Under the pieces are notes generated by a model. That model was not told where the DNA came from. It saw only the letters and a program-made list of their open reading frames with translations, and searched no databases. A stretch of DNA of 64,000 bases from an uncultured Spirochaetota bacterium (GTDB taxonomy: Bacteria; Spirochaetota; Spirochaetia; SZUA-6; Fen-1364). How positions within the stretch are numbered: position 1 is the stretch's first letter; every line of letters starts with the position of its first letter. Location of the stretch: NCBI GenBank assembly GCA_963745235.1, contig CAVUXE010000033.1:32001-96000 (forward strand). The letters run 5' to 3'. The position numbers and the translations under genes are program-made. Below, one piece after another: positions 31,925 to 41,912 of the stretch.

Positions 31925-32200
31925 TTAGTAGCGGTCGCGGGGGGGACGATCTTCCCGGGGCTTGGACATGTTCACCGTGAGGTTCCTGCCCTCCAGAAGC
32001 GTTCCGTTGAGGGCCGCGATGGCCTTCTCCGCCTCTTCCTGCGTCCCCATCTCTACGAATCCGAACCCGCGTGACCTGTCGCTTTCACGGTCCGTGATGA
32101 CCTTGGCAGATTCCACTTTCCCATGGCTCGCGAACAGCTGCTGCAGCTGTGAATCCGTCACTGAATACGCAAGCCCGCCGACGTACAGTTTCTTGTTCAT
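31925..32200 (-). CDS. RRM (RNP-1) RNA-binding protein
   Basis: KLYVGGL (RNP2), RGFGFVEM (RNP1); RBS AAGGAGG. Confidence 0.95.
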   Translation of the reverse strand: MNKKLYVGGLAYSVTDSQLQQLFASHGKVESAKVITDRESDRSRGFGFVEMGTQEEAEKAIAALNGTLLEGRNLTVNMSKPREDRPPRDRY

Positions 32201-32344
32201 GTGCTCCTCCTTGGAGTCTTGATGCATCATCGCCCTTCGCTTCGTACCGTCTCAGGAGCGAACATGCCAGGATCTCCAAAGGATACCGCTGTCCGGTCGG
32301 GTGTTCCTCAGTGGTAGAATCGGAAAGGTCCGATTGACGCTCAG

Positions 32345-32373
32345 AGCGTACGCCCTTGTGCGACGAAAGTCAA
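32345..32373 (-). promoter_or_regulatory. Sigma70 promoter of the RRM gene
   Basis: TTGACT-N17-TACGCT on the minus strand. Confidence 0.6.
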
Positions 32374-32492
32374 CATCAAATCCCGTCGGCGTGTTGCCCA
32401 GGCCATGATCAGTTTTTCCTGCACTCGATCAGTGAAATGCTTATATTCTAGTCCGTCGAAGCGTTTCCTGAGCGCTCCGCAGGAGGTTGTGC

Positions 32493-33557
32493 ATGTTCTC
32501 CGAAGACCGTGGAGCCGCTCGCGCAGCGTCGGCACGCCGTGACGAAAAGCCCGTCTGGGTCCAGGCCATGAAAAAGTTCGAAAAGCCTGATCCGCGCAAG
32601 GTTGCCGTGCAGATGCTGGATACCGTGCCCGCCTATCTTGCCCTGCTCGCAGTCATGTACCTGACCATGGCATGGCACCTGCCTTACATAGTGACGCTTC
32701 TTCTGGCCATTCCCGCGGGCGCCCTTCTCATACGCCTGTTCATCATCTTCCACGATTGCGGCCACGGGTCCTATGTCGCATCCCCCCTCGGGCTGCAGAT
32801 CATCGGCAACGCCCTTGGCGTCTTGACCTTCACGGCATTCGCGGACTGGCGCAGGTCCCACGGCATCCACCATTCCACGGCAGGCAACCTGGACCGCAGG
32901 GGAGTCGGGGATGTGTGGACGATGACCATGGACGAGTACGCGGCAAGCCCTCCGTCCCGGCGCCTTCTGTACCGGGTGTTCCGAAATCCTTTCTTCATGT
33001 TCGGGCTGGTGCCTTTCTTCTCATTCCTGGTTCTTCACAGGTTCCCATCCCGCGGATCGAGCCGCAAACAGGCTCTGAGCGTCCTTCTCACGGACGTCGT
33101 GCTCGCCGGGATCATTGTCGCGGTGAGCCTGACCATCGGGATCAAGGCGTACCTGCTCATCCAGCTGCCCATCATCCTTATCGGCGGCGCGGGCGGCGTG
33201 TGGCTGTTCTACATCCAGCACCAGTTCGATCCTTCGTACTGGGCGCGCACCGAGGAGTGGGAGCCGATGGAAGCAGCGATGCAGGGTTCCTCGTACTACA
33301 AGCTCCCCAAGGTGCTGCAGTGGATCTCCGGCAACATCGGTTTTCACCATATTCATCACCTGCGGCCGCGGATACCCAACTACAACCTTCAGCAGTGCCT
33401 GAATGAGACCCCGCAGCTCCAGCTCCCTGACCCGCTGCGTCTCTGGCCGAGCCTTCTTTCCGTGCGGCTCAAGGTCTGGGACGAGAGGCAGAAGATCCTG
33501 CTCACCCTCAGGGAGATGAGGGAGCAGCTTCGCGTGCGCCGCCAGAGCCTTGCGTAG
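32493..33557 (+). CDS. des: Membrane fatty acid desaturase (Bacillus Des-like)
   Basis: His boxes HDCGH, HGIHH, HHIHH; QHQF; RBS AGGAGG. Confidence 0.9.
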   Translation: MFSEDRGAARAASARRDEKPVWVQAMKKFEKPDPRKVAVQMLDTVPAYLALLAVMYLTMAWHLPYIVTLLLAIPAGALLIRLFIIFHDCGHGSYVASPLGLQIIGNALGVLTFTAFADWRRSHGIHHSTAGNLDRRGVGDVWTMTMDEYAASPPSRRLLYRVFRNPFFMFGLVPFFSFLVLHRFPSRGSSRKQALSVLLTDVVLAGIIVAVSLTIGIKAYLLIQLPIILIGGAGGVWLFYIQHQFDPSYWARTEEWEPMEAAMQGSSYYKLPKVLQWISGNIGFHHIHHLRPRIPNYNLQQCLNETPQLQLPDPLRLWPSLLSVRLKVWDERQKILLTLREMREQLRVRRQSLA

Positions 33558-33572
33558 CGCATATTCGTGACC

Positions 33573-34232
33573 ATGAAGCTTCGCGTTCTCCTGGTTGAAG
33601 ACCACGTCCTGGTGCGGGAAGGCATCAGGAGCCTCCTCGGGCGTGACACCGGGATCGAGGTTGTCGGGGAAGCCGAAACCGGGGAAGAGGCAATCAGCCT
33701 TGCCGCGGAGACGAAGCCCGACCTGGTGATCATGGACGTGGTCATGGCCGGAATGACGGGGATCGAAGCCTCGCGGAAGATCATCCGGGAAAACCCGGGG
33801 ACGAAAATCATTGCCTTGTCGATGTACGACAACCAGAGCTACATCTCCCGCATGGTGGAGGCCGGGGTCACGGGCTACGTCGTCAAGACGAGCGCGTTCG
33901 ACGAGCTGGCTCGGGCCATCGAGGTGGTGATGAGGGGAGAGGTCTACCTGTGCGGCACCATCACGAGCGTGATCGTGAATGACTACCTGGCCAGGATGAA
34001 AGCGGGCCCCTCCGGCCTCAAGGCCACTCCTGTTCTTTCCCTGCGTGAGCGCGAGGTGCTGGTGATGATATCCGAGGGGAAATCCGGCGCGGATATCGCC
34101 CGGGAGCTGAGCGTGACTGCGAAGACCGTGGAAAGCCACAGGCTCCACATCATGGACAAGCTGAAGATCCACAGCGTCGCAGGGCTGACAAAGTACGCGC
34201 TGCGCGAGGGGCTTACCGCGCTGGATCGCTGA
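33573..34232 (+). CDS. NarL/LuxR family response regulator
   Basis: REC domain (VEDH, IMDVVM, GYVVK) plus LSLREREVL HTH. Confidence 0.93.
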   Translation: MKLRVLLVEDHVLVREGIRSLLGRDTGIEVVGEAETGEEAISLAAETKPDLVIMDVVMAGMTGIEASRKIIRENPGTKIIALSMYDNQSYISRMVEAGVTGYVVKTSAFDELARAIEVVMRGEVYLCGTITSVIVNDYLARMKAGPSGLKATPVLSLREREVLVMISEGKSGADIARELSVTAKTVESHRLHIMDKLKIHSVAGLTKYALREGLTALDR

Positions 34233-34247
34233 CGTCACTCGCCCCCA

Positions 34248-34880
34248 TCACTCAAGGCCCCCGCAGAATGCCCTGGTCTCCTTGACCGCCTGCGCAAGGT
34301 TCTCTTCGTAGGTGTGGCCGGAGGCCTTGCGCGGCTTGAAGGAGTGGTCACCGTCAGGGAGGAACACCAGGCGGATGGCTTTCGAAAGCGTGTATGCGCG
34401 TATCTCCTCACTGTTCCCCAGCGTGTCCCTTTCCCCCTGCAGGAAAAGGGCCGGAGTGGAAAGGTCCTTCAGATGGGCCACGCGCAGGGTCTTCGGCCTT
34501 CCCGTGGGATGGAACGGATAGCCAAGGCAGACAAGCCCCTTCACGCCCGCCTGATCTGCAACCATGCTCGCGATCCGGCCCCCCATGGATTTCCCGCCAA
34601 TCACGAGCGTCGACGGATCTCCGAGCTGCTCAATGACGCGACGCCACGTCGCCTCCAGCACGGAGGGGAAATCGGGACGGGTCCTCTTTCCCGTCTCCCG
34701 CACGTGATGCATGTAGGGGAACTCGAAGCGCACGACGCGCAGGGATTCCTCCGACAGCGCGCGGGCAATCTCCTCCATGAACGGGGAGTCCATGGCCGCC
34801 CCCGCGCCATGGGCAAGAACTATGGAAAGCCGCGAGGCGCGGCCCTTTGGCTCGTTGACAAGGAGAGGTATCTCGCTCAC
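34248..34880 (-). CDS. Alpha/beta hydrolase (KANL3/Tex30-like)
   Basis: HGAGA, GKSMGG, GYPFHP, QGERD, GDHS. Confidence 0.88.
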   Translation of the reverse strand: MSEIPLLVNEPKGRASRLSIVLAHGAGAAMDSPFMEEIARALSEESLRVVRFEFPYMHHVRETGKRTRPDFPSVLEATWRRVIEQLGDPSTLVIGGKSMGGRIASMVADQAGVKGLVCLGYPFHPTGRPKTLRVAHLKDLSTPALFLQGERDTLGNSEEIRAYTLSKAIRLVFLPDGDHSFKPRKASGHTYEENLAQAVKETRAFCGGLE

Positions 34881-34912
34881 GGAGGCGCCTCCTTATGGTA
34901 CATTGAGCGAGT

Positions 34913-36946
34913 ATGGCGATCGAGGAGTACCGGCGCAAGCGTGACTTCAAGAAGACCTCCGAGCCGGCCCCGCGGCGCGCAAAGGGGCAGGGGAATGGAT
35001 TTGTCGTTCATCGCCACGAGGCCCGCAACCTCCACTACGACCTTCGCATCGAGGCGGGCGGGGCGCTTGCCTGCTGGGCCGTGCCGAAGGGGTTCTCCTA
35101 CACGCCAGCGGACAAGCGGCTTGCCGTGCACGTGGAGGACCATCCCCTCCTGTACAAGGACTGGGAGGGAACGATCCCGAAGGGGCAGTACGGCGCCGGG
35201 ACCATGAAGATCTGGGACGCCGGCACCTACGAGGTCCTGAAGGCGCCGAACATCACGAAGGCGATCGAGAAGGGCGAGCTGAAGCTGGAGCTGAAAGGCC
35301 GGCGCTTGCGGGGCGAATGGCACATGGTCCAGACAAAGCAGGAGGAGGGAAAGAACTGGCTCCTGTTCAAGGCTCGGGACCGGTACGTCGGCTCCGGGAG
35401 CGACCTCTTCGGAGGAGCGGACCTGGGCCGCGCCGTCCAGAAGCCCCTTCCGCGCAGCCTGCCCCGCATGGAGGCCTCCCCGGGCAGGCAGGCCTTCAAC
35501 GATCCGGACTGGCTCTTCGAGCCCGCGTTCGTCGGCACGCGCGTCCTGGCACGGGTGGAGGGAGACAGGGTAGGTCTTCGCTCGAGCTCGGAGGACCTCG
35601 CGGGCCGCCTCCCCGGCATCGTCAAAGCTCTTGCTGTTGTTCGGGCAGAGACGGCTGTGTTCGACGGAATTGTCGTGGCCCTGGATGAGCACGGGAAGCC
35701 GTCGGAGGCCGCGCTTGCCGCGGAGCTGGAATCAGGCGGCTCAAGGGCGGTCCTCTACCTCTTCGATGTGCTGTACGCGGAGGAATGGGACTTGAGAAAG
35801 CTCGCTCTCCGGGAGCGCAAGGCGGTCCTGCGGGCGCTGCTTCCTGAATCAGGGAAGCTTTTCCTGGTGGATGCCGTGCCGGAGCGCGGGGAGGCGCTGG
35901 CGCAGGCGGCGGCGGAATCCGGCCTGCCGGCCATCGTGGCAAAAAAGTCGGCCAGCCAGTACCGCGCAGGGGCCTCCGAGGACTGGCTGCTGATCCCGGC
36001 AGCCACGGGCCAGTCAAAGCCAGACTCTGCGCCGCGCCCCGCCCGTCGGCGGGAAGGCGGTGAGCCGTCCTTCGTGGTAACACACCCGCGAAAGGTGTAT
36101 TGGCCGGACCAGGGCTACACGAAGGGAGACCTTGTGAGCTACTACGACAGGGTGGCCAACTGGATCCTGCCGTATCTCGAGGACCGACCCCTGCACCTGT
36201 ACCGTTGGCCGGACGGCATCCGCGGCAAGTCGTTCTACCAGAAGCAGCTTCCCGAGGACATCCTCAACCAGGTGGAGACGGTCGACGTTTCCCGCGACGG
36301 GGAGGGTCCGGTCTTCTACGCCATGTGCAACGACAGAAAGACGCTTCTCACCCTCATCAACACGGGCAGCATCGACCTTCATCCGTGGATGTCGCACAAA
36401 GGCAGCCTGGATTCCCCTGACTGGGCGTTTATAGACCTGGATCCCAAGGAGGCACCCTTTTCCAGCGTCATAAAGATCGCCCGGACCGTCGGGAGGCTCT
36501 TGAGGGGTGTCGGCATCGAGCCCTACCTGAAGACGTCCGGCTCGACGGGGCTTCACGTCTGCATCCCCTTGCAGCCGGGCTACACTTTCGACCAGAGCAG
36601 GATGTTCAGCGAAGCAGTCGCGCGCCTCGTTGTTCGAGACCACGCTGACATTGCCACGGTGGAGCGCGTGGTGAGCCGCCGGGAGGGCCGGGTCTATGTC
36701 GACTTCCTGCAGAACCGCCGGGAGCAGACCATCGTGCCGCCCTATGTTGTTCGGCCCGTGGAGGCAGCCTCCGTATCCATGCCGCTGGCGTGGGACGAGC
36801 TGGAAACGGAGCTCTCGGTCGCGGACTTCACGCTTCTGAATGCGCCGGCGCGGATAGAGAAGACGGGAGACCTGTTTCGAACGGCGCTGACGGCGCCGCA
36901 GGACCTCGGGCCGGCAATCGAAGCGCTGGGCAAATACCTCTCGTAA
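34913..36946 (+). CDS. ligD: NHEJ LigD-like protein: 3'-phosphoesterase + degenerate ligase + PrimPol domain
   Basis: PE: HRHEARNLHYDLR, EDHP; Pol: YTKGDL, FYQK, IDLDP, KTSGSTGLHV, VDFLQN; ligase motif I reads EPAFVG. Confidence 0.92.
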   Translation: MAIEEYRRKRDFKKTSEPAPRRAKGQGNGFVVHRHEARNLHYDLRIEAGGALACWAVPKGFSYTPADKRLAVHVEDHPLLYKDWEGTIPKGQYGAGTMKIWDAGTYEVLKAPNITKAIEKGELKLELKGRRLRGEWHMVQTKQEEGKNWLLFKARDRYVGSGSDLFGGADLGRAVQKPLPRSLPRMEASPGRQAFNDPDWLFEPAFVGTRVLARVEGDRVGLRSSSEDLAGRLPGIVKALAVVRAETAVFDGIVVALDEHGKPSEAALAAELESGGSRAVLYLFDVLYAEEWDLRKLALRERKAVLRALLPESGKLFLVDAVPERGEALAQAAAESGLPAIVAKKSASQYRAGASEDWLLIPAATGQSKPDSAPRPARRREGGEPSFVVTHPRKVYWPDQGYTKGDLVSYYDRVANWILPYLEDRPLHLYRWPDGIRGKSFYQKQLPEDILNQVETVDVSRDGEGPVFYAMCNDRKTLLTLINTGSIDLHPWMSHKGSLDSPDWAFIDLDPKEAPFSSVIKIARTVGRLLRGVGIEPYLKTSGSTGLHVCIPLQPGYTFDQSRMFSEAVARLVVRDHADIATVERVVSRREGRVYVDFLQNRREQTIVPPYVVRPVEAASVSMPLAWDELETELSVADFTLLNAPARIEKTGDLFRTALTAPQDLGPAIEALGKYLS

Positions 36947-36955
36947 GGAACGTTC

Positions 36956-39900
36956 ATGCAGAAAGAAGCAACAGGCCTGCGCCTTGCGGCCACCGACATC
37001 TCCAATCATCTTGCCTGCCGGCACCTGACGCAGTTGGATCGCGCCGTCGCGGAGGGCCTGCGTGCCGCGCCGGCCTGGAGGGACCCCGCTCTTGCGGTCC
37101 TGCAGCAGCGCGGTTTCGCGCATGAGCGGGCCTACATCCAGAGCCTGCGGGAAAAGGGGCTTGCCATCGTCGAGCCGGCACAGGAGGGCGGCAAGCTGAC
37201 CGCGGAGCAGACCCGGGAGGCCATGCGCGCCGGCGCGCAGGCCCTCGTGCAGGCGGAGCTTCGCAGGGACGGGTGGATCGGCCGCGCGGACGTTCTTCTC
37301 AAGGTGAGCAGGCCCAGCCGGCTGGGTGGCTGGTCCTACGAAGTGGCGGACACGAAGCTGGCAGAGGAGACGCGCGCGGGAGCCGTGCTTCAGCTCTGCC
37401 TGTATTCCGAGCTGGTTGCCGACGTGCAGGGCGTGACTCCTGAATGGATGCACGTGGTGAAACCGGGGCCGGACTTCCCGCGTGAGAGCTTTCGCTTTGA
37501 TGACTTCGGCGCCTACTATCGCCTGATCCGCGGCCGGCTGGAGCAGGTCATTGCGGCCCCGCCGTCTTCTTCGACGTATCCGGATCCGGTGCCTCACTGC
37601 GACATATGCCGCTGGTGGAGCGTGTGCGACGCGCGCAGGCACGCGGATGACAACCTCTGCCTGGTGGCCGGCATGCGGCCGCTGCACCGAAGCGAGATCC
37701 AGGGCCAGGGAATCAATACGCTGGCGCAGTATGCGGAAGAGCCGCGGCCCTTTCGGCGGAAACCGGAGCGGGGGAGCCCTGAAGCTTTCATCAGGGCGCA
37801 CGGCCAGGCTCGCATACAGCTGGATGGAAGGAAGGCGGGCGCGCCGCGCTACCGCCTGCTGCCGCAGGAACCCGGGCTCGGATTCTTCCTTCTTCCTGAG
37901 CCTGACAGCGGGGACATCTTTTTCGACATCGAGTCAGATCCTTTTGCCGGTGAGGAGGGCATGGAGTACCTCCTGGGTTTTGCGTTCGCCGGGCTCGGCA
38001 AGGAGGCGCCGCAGTACACGGCGCTGTGGGCCTTGGATCCGACGGAAGAGCGAAAGGCGCTGGAGCAGCTGATTGACTTCATCATGGAGCGCTGGCGTGC
38101 CCATCCCGGCATGCACATCTACCATTTTTCGCCCTACGAGCCTGGCGCGGTGAAGCGCCTGATTGGCAGGCATGGCACTCGGGAGGCGGACCTGGACCAG
38201 GTGCTCCGCGCGGAGCGGTTCGTTGACCTCCTTGCCGTGACTCGCCACGGCCTTCAGGCCAGCGTTGAAAGCTACTCTCTGAAGGAGCTGGAGCAGTTCC
38301 ACGGGTTCACGCGGACAATCGAGCTTCCAGCCGCCGCTGCCGCGCTGCGGCGGCTGGCAAAAGCGCTGGAGCTGACGGGGGCGCAGGACATCGCCCCGGA
38401 GGACAGCGCGGCGGTTTCCGCCTACAACCGGGATGACTGCCTCTCAACCGCTTTGCTGAGAGACTGGCTGGAAGCTCGACGCTCGGAAGCAGAGCGGCAG
38501 GGGGGATCCATCCCACGGCCCCTCAATAAAACCGGGGATGCAAGTGAGGCCGTTGAGGAACGGGCTGCCGATATCCAGGTCCTGTTCGAGCGGTTGACGA
38601 ACGGTCTTCCTGACGAGCGCACCGCGTGGGGACCGGCGGAGCGCGCACGGTGGCTCCTCGCCCACCAGCTGGAGTACTTCCGGCGGGAGGACAAGTGCGC
38701 GTGGTGGGAGTACTTCCGCATCCATGGCCTGGATTTCGAAGATCTCATGGAAGAGCGCAAGGCCATAACCGGGCTTCAGTTCGTTGGCCAGGTCGGGTCT
38801 GGCTCCCGGCTTCCCGTCCACCGCTACAGTTTTCCCGAGCAGGAGGTGGACCCTGACGAGGGAAAGACCCTCCAGGAGGTCGGAACGAAAGTGCCGGTCG
38901 GGACAATGCTTTCACTTGACCTTTCGGCCCACACAATGGACATCGCAAAAAGTGCGAGGGCGGTTGACCTGCATCCGGTGGCCGTCATGATGGATGATCA
39001 CATCCGGCCGGCGCCCGTGGACAAAGCGTTCCTGGACCTCGCGCGCTCGATCGCGGCTCACGGGGTGGAGGGCGCAGGGCCGTTTCGCGCGGCGCGGGAC
39101 CTCCTTCTTGGCTCAAAGCCCCGGCTGCGCACGACTGCTGGCGGATCGCTTCGAAAGGATGGAGAAAACGTCGTGGATGCGGCGGTCAGGCTGGCAAGAG
39201 ATCTGGACAGCAGCGTCCTCCCCATTCAGGGGCCGCCGGGATCCGGCAAGACGTTCACCGGGGCGCGGATGATCGTCGCCCTTGCGCGGGAAGGAAAGCG
39301 CATCGGCGTCACGGCTGTCAGCCACAAGGTCATTCAGAAGCTGCTCATGGAAGCGCTGACTGCGGCAGCGGAGGCCGGCGTGCCGGTCAGGGCGATGCGG
39401 AAGGACAGGAGGGCGGACGGCGAGGTGGTTGAGGGGGTGCTCGTGACAAAGGAGAACGCGAGGCTCCTCAGCGGCCTCGACCAGGGCGCCGTGGTTGGAG
39501 GCACCGCCTGGTTCTGGTCCCAGGAAGACATGAAGGAAGCCGTGGACTATCTCTTCGTTGACGAGGCCGGACAGATGTCGCTGGCGCACGTTCTGGCGAC
39601 CTCCCGGTCCGCGCGGAACCTCGTGCTGCTGGGGGACCCGCAGCAGCTGGAACAGCCGCAGAAGGGCGCCCATCCCGAAGGGGCGGAGGTTGCCGCCCTC
39701 GTTCACATCCTGGCCGGGCACAAGACCATCTCGAACGACGCAGGCCTTTTCCTGGACGTGACCTGGAGGCTGCATCCGCGGCATCTGCGCATTCACTTCC
39801 GAGCTGTTCTACGAAAGCAGGCTCTTCGCTCGCGCCGGTCTTGAAAAGCAATCTCTCGGCGGGACCGCCCACTTTGCGGGAAGCGGGCTTTTCTACGTGC

Positions 39901-40370
39901 CGGTCGAGCACACCGGGAACCAGAACAGCAGCAGGGAGGAAGTGGAGGCGGTCTGGCGCATCGTCACGGAGCTTCGAAGCGGGGCATCCTGGACGGATGT
40001 CAAGGGCAGGACAAGACCCCTGGGCCAGGCCGACATTCTCGTGGTGGCCCCGTACAACGCCCAGGTTGCGGCCCTTGGACGTCGACTCGGCGACACGGCA
40101 CGCGTCGGTACGGTGGACAAGTTCCAGGGCCAGGAAGCGCCGGTGGTCATCTATTCCATGACAAGCTCATCCGCGCAGGATGCCCCGCGCGGCATGAGCT
40201 TCCTGTACAGCCCCAACCGACTGAATGTCGCCACCAGCCGCGCGCGCTGCGCCAGCATCCTGGTCTCCTCTCGACGGCTCCTGGAGCCGGAGTGCGGCAG
40301 CCCGGACCAGATGCGCTGGGCCAACGGCCTGTGCCGCTACCGGGAGATGGCCACGGAGGTTGCCATCTAG
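36956..40370 (+). CDS. TM0106-family RecB-like nuclease / RNase H-like / SF1 helicase (frameshift near 39780)
   Basis: GRADVL, DTKL, QLCLY, CDICRWWSVC, FFDIE, YSLKELE, YNRDD, QGPPGSGKT, DEAGQ, GDPQQL, PYNAQ, TVDKFQGQE, NRLNVATSRA. Confidence 0.92.
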
Positions 40371-40380
40371 CCCGCTCGTG

Positions 40381-41032
40381 CTAGTAGGCGAGCTCGAATC
40401 CGAATGCGCCGACGCCGATTCGCGGCACGAACGTGATGGCCCCCTGGTCGACATTTCGCGTCGCTGCATGAGCGGCATCACTGGCGGCCCAGTGCCTGAC
40501 TATCTGGTCCACGATCACGCCACCCAGGAAAACCCCGAAGGCCGGCAGGTAATCGACAATGCTGTGTCCGTTCCATGCGTCGCTGATGCTCGAGAAAGAA
40601 TCCCTGAAGTAGTCTATCCGGTCGAAGCGCAGATCAGAGGGCAGGCTGTAGTAGACGCCCAGGAGAGTTCCGGCGAGCGTCGCCAGGTCCAGGGCAAGAA
40701 AACCGAATCCGCTTCCCGTGTTCCCCGTCTCGAACTGCCCGAGCCCGGGAAGAGCCAGGGAGTGCAGGGAGATGGCCCTGACATACTGATCCTTCTGCGC
40801 GGCAATGCTGAGCCTGCTCACGCAGGGAGACCATGGCGGCCACATCGAAGTCCCCCAGCTTCTGCTGACCCATCTCGGACTGGATCTTGAGGATCTCAGC
40901 GGAGTAGTAGGGACCCGCTTCCGGCGGCCGCATCCCGGGGAACTGCTGTGACGGGAACCAGGGGCCCTGCGGGACGGCAAAAAGGGCGGCCGGCAGAAGA
41001 GCGACCGCAAGCACAACAAGGGCGCGTTTCAC
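40381..41032 (-). CDS. Hypothetical exported/membrane protein (frameshift near 40815)
   Basis: Signal peptide VKRALVVLAVALL in one frame; LPGLGQF, two TM segments and the ending FGFELAY in the other. Confidence 0.6.
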
Positions 41033-41091
41033 TTTGGTTTCTCCTTCCGCAAAGTGAAACAACCGCGGCCGCCCGATGTGTCACCCCGGGG

Positions 41092-41307
41092 CTAAACCGC
41101 TCCGCCGAGCCGCTTGTATTCCTCTATCTCCCACGACGTGGCGGGGTGATACCAGCCGCGGTACTTTTCCAGGTAGCCCGAGTCAACGGGTTCTTCTGCA
41201 AGCCTGTTCGCCCTGTCTATCCGGTAGCCTTTGATCTTCAAGGGCTGCTCCGAGAAGACCCTCACATAGTCGCAGCGGGGATGGCCATTCCAGGGCCGGT
41301 TTTTCAT
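41092..41307 (-). CDS. Small hypothetical protein
   Basis: MKNRPWNGHPRCDYVRVF...WYHPATSWEIEEYKRLGGAV; preceded by a strong promoter. Confidence 0.55.
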   Translation of the reverse strand: MKNRPWNGHPRCDYVRVFSEQPLKIKGYRIDRANRLAEEPVDSGYLEKYRGWYHPATSWEIEEYKRLGGAV

Positions 41308-41325
41308 GTACAGTGAGATCACAAC

Positions 41326-41357
41326 GTATACTATACATATGTATAGTATACTGTCAA
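41326..41357 (-). promoter_or_regulatory. Sigma70 promoter overlapped by a perfect 26-bp palindromic operator
   Basis: GTATACTATACATATGTATAGTATAC (41326-41351); minus strand TTGACA-N16-TATAGT. Confidence 0.75.
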
Positions 41358-41905
41358 GACTTCGGCTCGTAGGAAAGGAGGACATTCCCCGAACGGAACG
41401 TCCTGCTCCTGATAAGCTTCAGCACCCGCGTGCCCTCCGTGAACAAGGGCTTGCCGTTTCCCAGCACCACGGGGTTCAGCATGATCCGAAGCTCATCGAT
41501 CAAGCCCGTGCCCATGAGGCTGGTCGTGAGATCCGAGCTGCCGAATATCGCCATGTCCTTGCCGGGAAGCCTCTTCAGCTTCTCTATCTCCTGCGCGGCG
41601 TTCTCTTTCACAAGCCGCGAGTTGCTCCATTCGACTTTCCGGAGCGTTCTGGAAAACACGAGCTTCGAAATGCTGTTCATTCGTCCTGCCACAACCGGAT
41701 CGTTTCTCAGAGCCGTCGGCGTTGGCCAATAACCTGCCATCAGCTCATAGGTGACGCGTCCGAACAGGAGGGTATCGATTTCGTCCAGCTGTTCCACGGC
41801 GAAGGAGTTGAACTCCGCGTCCACGTTGTGCCAGCGTATGTCCCTGTTCGGACCTTCGAAGAACCCGTCCAGGGTCATCATGTTGAACATGAAGAGCTTT
41901 CTCAA
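41354..41905 (-). CDS. Dihydrofolate reductase / RibD C-terminal family protein
   Basis: MTLDGF, LLFGRVTY, FGSSDL, LIDEL, PVVLGNGKPLF. Confidence 0.9.
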   Translation of the reverse strand: MRKLFMFNMMTLDGFFEGPNRDIRWHNVDAEFNSFAVEQLDEIDTLLFGRVTYELMAGYWPTPTALRNDPVVAGRMNSISKLVFSRTLRKVEWSNSRLVKENAAQEIEKLKRLPGKDMAIFGSSDLTTSLMGTGLIDELRIMLNPVVLGNGKPLFTEGTRVLKLIRSRTFRSGNVLLSYEPKS

Positions 41906-41912
41906 ACGCGTG

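Noticed and set aside
30904-40370. Integrative element or prophage bounded by the recombinase
   Set aside because: No att repeats, tRNA, phage or conjugation genes, and no obvious compositional shift
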